A DNA stretch of 64,000 nucleotides, from assembly GCA_030704615.1 (NCBI GenBank), contig CM060732.1, positions 45,012,001-45,076,000 on the forward strand, written 5' to 3'. Within the stretch, counting starts at the first letter, position 1, and the number at the start of each line of letters is the position of its first letter. The DNA is from Takakia lepidozioides. Taxonomy: Eukaryota > Plantae > Bryophyta. The notes below the pieces were generated by a model. It was not told the DNA's origin. It searched no databases and was given only the letters and a program-made list of their open reading frames with translations. Shown here one piece after another: positions 54,156-64,000 of this stretch. The translations under genes were made by a program, and so were the position numbers.

Positions 54156-57100
54156 ATGACAACTCCTAACAGCAATCCGCAGTTAAAAACTGTTCCCACA
54201 GCTTTTGTCACAAAAGTTTTATTGGCGGTGGTGAAGACGACGTTGTGGTTGCTCTTGTGGGGGGTGGCTTTGTTTTGGTTGTTGGCATGGTGGTTTGTGC
54301 CAATCAAAGTTGGGTCCAAGTTGACATCATTCTTCGTCAATCATACCACCACTAGCTACATTGGCAATGATGGTAAGGAGATGATGATCTCGCCACATTC
54401 TCTTTTCCACAGTATTGGATTGGAAAACTGCATACATGCATGCGGTAGAGCTGAAGTATACCTCCAAATATTCTGAAACAATGTATACTTCACGTGCATG
54501 CAGGACCAATTTATCTGTTGTATTCGGGACCCTTCATAGCACTAGCGTTATTGGGCATGTTGTATTTAGAACTACAAAAGCGTTTCCCCAACAGGTATTT
54601 TATATTCTCTATCCCTTCATGTCTTGTAGTCATGCTTGCTTTCAAAACATCGATCAAGAGCCCATCTATGGAAAGGGAGTAGACAATACACCAATTTTTG
54701 CCTATAATAACAACAAACAACATAGGGCTATGCCTAAAATACTCAACAAAAGTGACATCCAACTAACAACACCTACTCAAATAATAATAATAAATAGTGG
54801 AACAAGGTGTTCGTCATAAGCTCAGAGGCACAAAGAATCAATCTTACTGGCCCAATTTTGAAATGCTCTAAAATTTTGTATGTCTAATCAAATTACTAGA
54901 GTCCGTTTGCATCCTACACAATGAATCAAGATGAAAATGATTGACTGTGACAAATCTTCATTATGTTGTAGGCTTTGCAAATGTGGTTGTGTTAACCAAA
55001 CTTTAATTTTAACCATCAACATTTGCTTGGTAATAGGCCTCATTACATTAGTAGAACAACTCTTAGCTCCTATTTTATTTGAATCTTCTTTCAAATAGGT
55101 GGTATGTTCTAGCACCAGCAGTAGGTATTCTTTGAAATAGTTACAATAACTTTAAGCTTTTTTGACCATTTTGAGTGTACATGTATTAGGATACAAAATT
55201 TCAAAGGACGATCGACATCTTTAAGGCGGTTATGGAAACGGATGTGCACAAGTATCTGGACACAACCCATACTAGTGAGGGGTCCACTTGGAATAGTGAC
55301 AATCATGGACATACTCTTTAATTGCAATAGTTGTGGCGACGGTCTTATGGCATTCCTCAAATCCGTTATTCCTCAATTTCATCTTATTGATGCTTCTCCA
55401 CCGGGAAAATTTCAAAAGTAAATTATTATGAGTCATTATTGATTTCACCATTCTATCATTATTCTTGATTATGCTTATATATAGCCATGTTATTTTCTAA
55501 GGGTTTGTATGCAACGAACCATTGTCCAACAGTTATTACTAATCTTTGATGGTACATATTATACAAATTTTGGACTAAACTCATGCATACGTTTAGAGTT
55601 TATTAATATGAGCTTAGTTTGATATCATAACAAGTACAATAATGATAGTAGATACTGCCAAAAAAATGAAATCAAATCAAACGTATGGGCAAGTTTTAGT
55701 TTACAGAATGTTGAGACAAAATTGAAACTGAACAATTCATTGAATAAATTGTGAACAGATATGAACAAAAATTGGAGTATGCTGGAATGGTCATGGGGAA
55801 AATAGGAGCATTTCCATTGGCTCTCTTATTCATCCCAGTTTCAAGAGGGTCTCCAATCTTACGATTGGTGGATGTGCCTTTCGAGCACGCAGTCAAGTAT
55901 CACAAATGTTTGGGGCACATTACACTCACACTTTTTGTAACACATGGTCTTACTTATCCTATATTGTTCGCCTCCGAGCGTGCTATCTATGAGGTGGATT
56001 ATCCAAAACAAATTCACATCTTACCTTCTTTGGTTTTAATTTTTTCCACTGAATAATTTCATAAATATTTTGTTGGGACCGTACTATGCTCCCTTTGTTA
56101 TATGTGTGTGTGTGTGTTTTGTTAACATGCTTATAATGTTGTTTTCAACTTATTTCAATTCATGGGTTGTGGGAGAGAGACAAGTCACAAAGCCAATTGC
56201 TTGTTATGTATCTAATCTTATTGATTTGCATGTTTTCTGCGCAGTTGGGGTCTTGGAAGGTATCTGGGCCGATGTCAAAACTGGCAGGTGTAATTGCACT
56301 TATGGTTGGGCTTATAATATGGATCACATCCATAGGTCCAATTCGGAGGGTACTCTTTGATGTGTTCTACACAGCGCACCATCTATACATGGCTTTCTAT
56401 GTCTTCCATGTTGGAGACAAATCAGCAGGTTACGTTCTTGGTGGTATATTCCTTTACTTTGTGGATCGCTTCATCCGGATGGTTCAATCACGTCGGAACG
56501 TCAGCATTTTGTCAGCACAACTTTTGCCCAATGGTGTTATGGAATTAAAATTTCCAAAATTCCCAAGTATGTTTTAGGAAATCCACAAAAGTTTTTTGGA
56601 TTATAAGTTATTGAAATACTATCCTAATTTGAATGATATTACAGTACATATCATTTATATTATATTATAATAACTGATAGGTATAATAATTTTGGTTAGA
56701 GATGGAAGGTCTTAGTATATCAACTACTACTTTTATTGTCTCATTATATGATGTTTGAAATCAGGTGTGGATTACAGTGCTCTCAGCTTTATGTATTTCA
56801 ACATACGGGATATATCACTTTGGCAATGGCATCCTTTTAGCGCAACATCAAGCCCTCTTGATGGGACCAACAATATATCTGTTTGTATTAAGCCATTGGG
56901 AGGTTGGACAAAAAAACTTCATGCATCCATCCATGCCGAGTCCACTAAAAATCCAAATTCAACAGTTGCTTGCCCTTTTGGAATGTTGTTTGTTGAAGGT
57001 CCATATGGTCACGAATCAAACTATTTTCTCAGGTATGATTACGGTACTAATGTCCACACTCAATATTATGAATCAATAATATGTGTGTGTGTTGATAATA

Positions 57101-57676
57101 TCTGTAGTGTGAAAAGAAGGGGCGTGAATCCCCTTCTGGGTGATTCTAATCTGTACTCCTCCCCAGTTGAAGTCAAGCAAAAGGAAGGAACGTTCTAGTG
57201 ATCCAACCATCTTCACACGGCTGTGGGTTTCCCTCAGTTCGTTCGTGATCAGAGTTCATGCAATCCTCATCCACGCCGCAGCGGAAGAGAAGACATGGAT
57301 AGGGAGTTTTGAATTGTTCTTGCTCTTGGTTCTACTTTTATACAACAGCCTTGCCCTATGATCACAGCGCCAGCAGTGCTGCCATGATCTTTTCTGTGAT
57401 GCAACCAGCCCTATGACAGCGCTAAACACGACCCTTAATGTGAAGCTCCCTTGAGCAGTGACACGTCGGAAGCCCCCTTTGTAATGGTGACACAGATTTA
57501 GAGGGAGGCAGCTCAGATCTGCCATGAATTGCAGGGCCACTGGTCTCTTTCAGGGTCCATGTTTTCTTCATCTCATCTCCCCAAATTGGCCATCCCCCAT
57601 CAACCCCTTTTACTCAGCAGCTCTCTCCCTTCCCAAATCATTTTCTCTCTCTCTCTTTTTCCCTTTTTTCTCTGTT

Positions 57677-57740
<64 letters not shown>

Positions 57741-57879
57741 TCTCTATCTTGGTTCTACTCCCACTTCTTCAACAGCAGCATATCTACCATGCAATGCAAT
57801 GCACACTCAGCCAGGCATCCAGTGCACCCAGCCCTGAAATCATCCTCGGTCACACAAGACATAACCATCCCATTCATCA

Positions 57880-57923
<44 letters not shown>

Positions 57924-60696
57924 ATGCCAATGTCCAACCCTTCACACTACCTTTTTCCAGAAGAAGCCATTGCCCAAACAGCTCTCAACTTTTCTACAGG
58001 TTTCAACCAAATACCCCAACAGCCCTCTTTTCCCTTCAACTGTGAACCTCAGTTGTTCATACCCTGAGACCATACTGGAAATCAGTTCCAAAACCAAATC
58101 ATGTCGTGTGTGTTGCTTCCCCATCCACATTATCCTTTCTCTGTTTTCAACAATTCTAACTAACCCTCATTGGTGTTTTCAATCAGCCAAGCTAGGTCTA
58201 CATTGTTTCCAGTGTATCAATACCCAGGGCAGCATTGTGTGCAGGTTCATAACACTGAACAAAGAACAAGAATGAAGACAAACAGTGACCATTCTGATTC
58301 AGTGACAAGCAGTCTCTCCCCCCCCACTCATTTCTCCTACTGACACTATAACATCAGGTGCATCCATCCTTTCCCTATCATGGTTTGAAGTCCAGAGTCT
58401 CCATTCCATTTCCAAAACCTTTTTCCTCCATCACATATCTCTACCTCTTTCTCTTCTACAAAGAGCCAGTCCTAAATCCACACCAAAACGATTTCTAAGT
58501 CACCCCCCCCCCCCCAAAAAAAACCAAAGCCCACAGTCTACGAACGTATCTGTTTTATCCTCCAGCGAAGCGGTGGATCTGCCTGCCAAGATGGCACCTC
58601 ACCATCGCCTGTCAGCAGCCACTTCAACCTATTCTCCTTGTCTTGATTCCAGTATTTATCATGCCATGATGGCTCCTCTTCATCCTATGGAACATCCTGT
58701 GGCTTGCCAACTAAATACTCTATCCTTCTATGCGTGCAATTCTTCCCTAAGAATTGACATGGTCCTATAGTAAGAAGACACAAAAGCAGCTATAAGCTTT
58801 GATTACAGATAACCTGAGTTGCCATCCAGCCAGCACTTCACATGCCTCATCCCCTCCATTGATTGTGCCCACAACTCACTTCCTTGTGCTTCCGGCAGCT
58901 GGCCGTTTTCCTTGCTTGCTCATCTGCCCATAACTGTTTTCTTCAAGGCAATGGCGACAGCGGTGGTGCGCCGCTCTTCTTACATGCTCCTACTCCAGGA
59001 ATTGATCATCACTACGAGAAAAGTGGCACCGCTTCCCTTTACACATAATACCAAGCAGAAGCACTTAATGCCGCTCTCTAAACCAAGCAGAGTCCCATAG
59101 CGTAGGTGCAACCTCCCAAAAACAGACTGCCCTGCCAACCCCACTGCTCGCAGCAGCTGCTAAGAGTTGCCCGTCATCTTCCTCTTTGTTTTCCTCAACC
59201 CGCGTTTCTAGGTTAAACACTTGGGATGAAAACGTTCACCCCACGGATGAAAATACGCATGGTCATGACTTAGCTATTTTTATCCTGGCAAAGCATAAGC
59301 ACAATATGCCCATGAAATTACCTGTATGCAGGGATATATCCCTCCTGCAGTTGTACCCGGGCACTCCCGTTGTAGTGATGCAGGGTCTTAACGGTAAAAC
59401 AAAAATGTAATGTCTCTCCCCTGCATTCACACTACATATCTTTCTAGGAAGCAATCCAAAATTGATTGAATTTCTATGTCTTTGTTTTCTCCTTAATAAT
59501 AACAGGAATATTTGGATTTGGAACAGATACAAGGTTCTACTACTAGTGGCCGGTGGGATCGGAATAACACCATTCCTAGCAGTTATTCGAGATTTGTTGC
59601 ATCGTCATCAACAAGAAGAAGATGGACTGCCAACAAACATTGAACTCATTTGGAGCGTGAAAAACAAATCAGAATTAATTGCTTTGAAGGGAATTCATCC
59701 CAGAAGACTTTTTTCGAATTACTCGGAGGGCAAGTGTAAAATTGATGTAAAAGCATTTGTAACAACTTACAATCAAACTAACCAATTAGTTGAAGACAAT
59801 TCTATGACAAAACCAGGAGGAACCTATCTTCAAGATTTAACAAACAGAAAGTTGCCCTCTCCTATTGTCGGAAATGGAAACAACTTGTGGGTGGCAGGAG
59901 TCATCGTCTCTGCAACCTTTGGGTTTATGTTGATGTTCGGAGTATTCCATAAATATGTAGTCCATCCTCACAACCCCCTCGACCACGGAAAACCCTTCCC
60001 ACAATGGATCCAAGACATATATTTTTTTGCAAGTATGTTTATAGGGATTGTTGGTTTTGGTGGGATTGTCATTGGTGCATGGAACATACATATAAGTAGA
60101 TCAAATCACTACAAGACCAATACATCAAATGCTTTTGATGATTTGGTCGACGATTTGGAGAAAGAAGAAGTGTCTCTTTTTCATGACAAAAGTATCATCA
60201 CCATCACCGAAGGCACACGACCGAAATTTTCAGGTATTCCTCTCTCAAACTCCATGTTTTTCAATTGACTTGAATGTCAAATAAACTGTGATTGGTAATA
60301 GACAGTAATGTTGATTATTGGACTGTAATGTCTCATGACAAGAAATTGGTTAGACCTTTTATATATCACTTAAAAAAAAAGTCCACTCGAAGATATGTTG
60401 GTCTTGCAGTCACCTTATGTCTACAAATTGAAGTTGAAAAAAAACCCAAAAGAAGAGAGATTTGAGGAATTTTGCACAAATTTGTTTGTACAGTCCAAAT
60501 GAAATATTTCGAAATGTGGTTGTGGGATGCAGAACTGTTTGAGATCGCAGAAGAACAATATAAAGGAGAAGATGTCAGAGTGCTTGTGTGTGGCTCAGAA
60601 GGCTTGCAAGAGTGCGTTGCTGCTGAATGTCGTTCCAAAAACTTTAGAAACTGGAAAACTTGGTTTCACTATCATTCTGTTAGTTTCAACCTGTGA
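54156..60696 (+). CDS. FRO: Ferric reduction oxidase, 8 exons: 54156-54372, 54504-54594, 55190-55417, 55759-55993, 56245-56566, 56765-57032, 59527-60233, 60533-60696 (possibly damaged)
   Basis: LFIPVSRGSPIL, YHKCLGH...THG, QWHPFSATSS (FAD), VEGPYG, LVAGGIGITPF (NADPH), VLVCGS, FHYHSVSFNL*. GT-AG introns give a continuous frame. Confidence 0.92.
57103..59436. mobile_element. 2334-bp solo-LTR-like (or Ginger-like non-autonomous) insertion in FRO intron 6
   Basis: Termini TGTAGTGTGAA...TTCACACTACA, 4-bp TSD TATC (57099-57102, 59437-59440), no recognisable coding capacity, internal (CT)n tracts ~57683-57733 and ~57881-57922. Confidence 0.85.
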
Positions 60697-60705
60697 TGAT
60701 GATGA

Positions 60706-61020
60706 CACTAAAAGAGATGAGTGTTTTTAGGACTACGGCTTTGGCGGAGTCATAAAAACTGCACTAGGTAGATGACTACAGAGCGCTAAAATGCATTGCA
60801 GTCATAGTTTTATGACTTTGTAGTAATGGATATCACTACATGACTCCGGAAAGTTAGGGAGCATTGGTCAAACATTGTTGACCATGATGACATGGATGGT
60901 TTATATGACTAGTGTGATATGTTTGACTACACGTGGACGACGTTTCATGGAATCTTATGACTCCATGACTGAAGATGGTTTCACAGCTCTATTTATACGA
61001 CTACATCACTACACATGTCA
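60706..61020 (+). mobile_element. CACTA transposon end 10 bp after the FRO stop codon
   Basis: CACTAAAAGAG at 60706, then dense GACTAC/ATGACT/AGTCAT subterminal repeats in both orientations. Partner end not seen. Confidence 0.65.
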
Positions 61021-61779
61021 TTTTGAAGGCACATATAATGCAAATAAGGTTGCCCATTAGGTTTAAAAAAATTAAAAAGTTGCTAATAAGGTTGCCCATT
61101 AGGGTAATCGTGAACAGAAAGGAGGGCTGGGACTTGGCATTTTTTTTGTCTCCTGCGCCACACCACATAGCCGAGGGATGGAACACGATGATAGCAGGAT
61201 ATGCAGGGGCGTGGGATGGAGGCGTTGAGCAAATGATGCACGAAGGAGAAGAGGAGGAGGAGACGAGACGAGGAGAAGCGAGCTCGCCGTTCTTGGGAGA
61301 GTCAGCTTGGTCTTAGCAGGCGATGCTGCTAGCAGCTGACAATGACAGCCTAGAATTGCTTGAGCAAACACCCCAACCCTACTTATCACACTAGTTCCTA
61401 TGCTGACTTGCGTCTGCTTCCAACAGGCATTCACCTTTTGCCTCGATTGTTCCACCATTGACTGAGGTCGGGAACGTATTCATCCTAGAGCTTCTCCTCG
61501 AGTCTCTGTTATCTATTTATTGATACTTTCCTGTCGACCACATTGGCAGTAACATGTCAAAATCACTCCAAAACTACCATAGATCCACCAACGAGCTAAC
61601 TTGCAGAATTCAACATTAAAATTTAGGGACGACTCTGATAGCAGGGGAAAACAAGGTGAAATATGTTGAAGAATGTACCTTCATTAGCAGCGCCTTGTTT
61701 TATGAATTTTGTTGTTGCCGCTGCTGTTTCCAGTTGACCATCTACCCACTTGTAGCCGCTGTGAGCTATTGAAGAAGGT

Positions 61780-62425
61780 GCCCCCTTCCCCCATCATTTG
61801 ATCATAGGTCTCCATACCATGTCCCTGCTCTGCATACCCTGCAAGCATCGCGTTCCATGACACCACATCTCGTTCAGCCATAGTGTTGAAAACTCCCTTC
61901 GCATCCTTAATGCACCCACATTTCGCATACATGTCCACCAGGGCAGTGTTTAGAATGACATCTGGTACAATTCCAGCTTTGATGATGTCACCATGGACCT
62001 TTTTCCCCTTTTCCAGAGGTCCTAGGCTTGCACACGCATTGCAAACACAAACAAACGTGATGTGGTTGGGCTTCACCCCTTCGCGCAGCATTTGCTCATA
62101 GGTCTCCAAAGCATTCCTACCACACCCATGCTTGGTAAATCCTGCCAACATTATATTCCACGTGATCAAAGATCATTGAGACATTCTGTTGAAAACTTCA
62201 TGAGCATGCATGCATGATGCTCCTGCACTTAACATACATGTTTGCTCCTGCACCCACATTTTGCATATATGTCCACCAGGGTATTGTTCAAAATGACATT
62301 TGGTACAATTCCAGCCCTGATGATGTCGCCATGGACCTCTTTGCAAGCCCTTTTCCAGAGCTGCCATGGCTGTGTTCAGAATGACATTTGGTACAATTCC
62401 AGCTTTGATGGTGTCACCATTCACC
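61780..62425 (-). pseudogene. Fragmented PLS PPR sequence with internal duplications
   Basis: ORF 61684-62169 WNIMLAGF..TFVCVCNACASLG..LVDMYAKCG..DVVSWNAMLAGY. The GDIIKAGIVPNVILN segment recurs at ~61950, ~62290 and ~62380. Confidence 0.85.
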
Positions 62426-62614
62426 TCTTTGTTTGGTGAAGAAGAATGCATTGGCATGGACAACATTTACAGTTCAACACGGTTTGAGCTCCAACCAGAG
62501 ATATTCATGGGAGAGGGTGACAAAAGCGAGGAAGAAACCAAAACACAAAGCCTTGACGCATTCACTGAAGACTGGGCAGACAAACAGATAAGAGAAGACA
62601 GCTCGCAAGAAACG

Positions 62615-63436
62615 GATAAGAGGGAAAAATAGGGTGAAATGTGCTGAAGGAGGTGCCATCAGTAGAAGTGCCTGACCTTATCAATTGTGCCGCTGCTGCT
62701 GCCGCTTCCAGTTGACCATCTACCCATGTAGGTTTCTTGTAGCTATCCTTCCACAGGGAATCATAGGTAATGTGGAGCTTGAAATCCAACCCTCTTGGAT
62801 GAATCTGGACCCACACTCTATCCCTGCTCCTTCAGCTATCCATGCCTCTGACAGCCTAGAATTCTACCAGCAAACACCCCAACCCTACTTATCACAATCT
62901 GAAATGCATCTGCTTCTCTCTGTAGTCCAACAGGCATTCGCCTTTCTGTCTCCATTGTCCCACCATTGACTGGGGTCGGAAAGTGTTCACCCCAAAGCTT
63001 CTCCTCACCTCTATTATATGTTTTTGGATACTTCCCTGTTGCCACACTGGCAGTAACTTGCCAAAGACACTCCAAACCACCACAGATCTACCCAACGACC
63101 TAACTTACAGAATTCAATATGCATCTTGCGGCCGAGTCTGATGAGAGGGCAACACAGGCTGAAATAGGTTGAAGAAGAAGATGTATGCATGATTTTGTGC
63201 AGGGGCATGGATAGCTGAAGGAGCAGGGATAGATGTGTGGGTCCAGATTCATCCAAGAGGGCCGGATTTCAAGCTCCATATTACTTATGATTCCCTGTGG
63301 AAGGATAGGTACAAGAAACCTGCATGGGTAGATGGTCAACTGGAAGCCACAGCAGGAGCGACACAATTGATCAAATCAGGCACTGTTAATCAAGGCACCT
63401 TCTTCAACACATTTCACCCTGTTTTTCCCTCTTATC
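62615..63436. repeat. Unidentified ~525-bp coding-like repeat; diverged inverted pair 62615-62850 / 63200-63436, related copy 61337-61760
   Basis: ORFs 62562-62816(-) and 63235-63465(+) both read WVQIHPRGxDFKLHITYDSLWKDxYKKPxWVDGQLEA...TFHPxFPSY. Confidence 0.85.
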
Positions 63437-64000
63437 AAATCGGCCGTAAGTATTGCACTGTTTAACATGGTCCTTGATTCTAGTAGCACCAGAACAAACT
63501 AGTATTACGACAATTCAGCCCATGTGTGGGCTTGCTTATTTTTTGCTTACTGGACCTTTTCAGGCATGGATTTTTGGACCTTGTGGCCTTTGAGGTGTCC
63601 ATTGGGACATTGGTCTCATTTGGATTTTTGTAATATAATTTACACAACGTGTATTCCCCTGTACTTGTCTATTTTGAATGTCCTTGTGGTTGCTAGTATG
63701 CAAGAGGGGTCCATTCTGTTTTTATATTAGAATTTCATCATGTAATGAAGAATTTAAATCATTTAATCTATTTTTATTTTGTATAACATTATTAAATTAA
63801 ACAATAATACCACTAAAAAATTTCCAAGCTGCTATCCTCTGTTTTCAAAAATAAAATATAAATTTAAGAATTTAAAATTACAAATATAACTATTAAATTA
63901 TTTTCAGAGACATTCTTGATGACACGTGGCATAAACCCTGCCATATATGCTAGTCATATATTATGTCTAAGTGTGACATGTCACATCTGAAGTGCAACAG

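Noticed and set aside
57524-58067. Ser/Leu-rich ORFs
   Set aside because: Translations of (CT)n microsatellites inside the intronic insertion.
63919-63990. G-box GACACGTGGC and GTGACATGTCAC palindrome
   Set aside because: At the window edge with no associated gene visible; equally typical of MITE subtermini.
1-64000. CRISPR arrays, prokaryotic operons, rRNA or intact tRNA genes
   Set aside because: No regular repeat-spacer structure or recognisable RNA genes; the sequence is intron-containing plant DNA.

Overview
Eukaryotic nuclear DNA from a land plant, most likely non-seed (TTTAGGG telomere repeat, bryophyte/fern-style PLS PPR genes, GT-AG introns). The first 34 kb is a head-to-tail ~16.75-kb tandem duplication (398-17141 and 17163-33979) whose junction is a short run of telomeric repeats. 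The duplicated unit contains the 3' part of an RNase H + CCHC + REL non-LTR retrotransposon (Dualen/RandI-like), a hAT MITE with an 8-bp TSD, a decayed GCM-domain MULE-like transposase, an APE-RT LINE remnant, a GCL-type BTB pseudogene and a short LINE tail. Downstream are gene relics (ATP synthase subunit f, Cu/Zn SOD, P4-ATPase), a frameshifted PLS-E PPR gene, an intact 2-hydroxyacyl-CoA lyase, and an 8-exon ferric reductase (FRO) with an intronic solo-LTR-like insert and odd lesions. The window ends in a CACTA-bounded mosaic of PPR fragments and an unidentified ~525-bp coding-like repeat. Most notable: the telomere-filled duplication junction; a compact structured RNA cassette that ends apparently different LINEs; and a 75-bp templated insertion, present in one duplicate only, taken from the unidentified repeat family. 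All family assignments come from motif recognition, not database searches.
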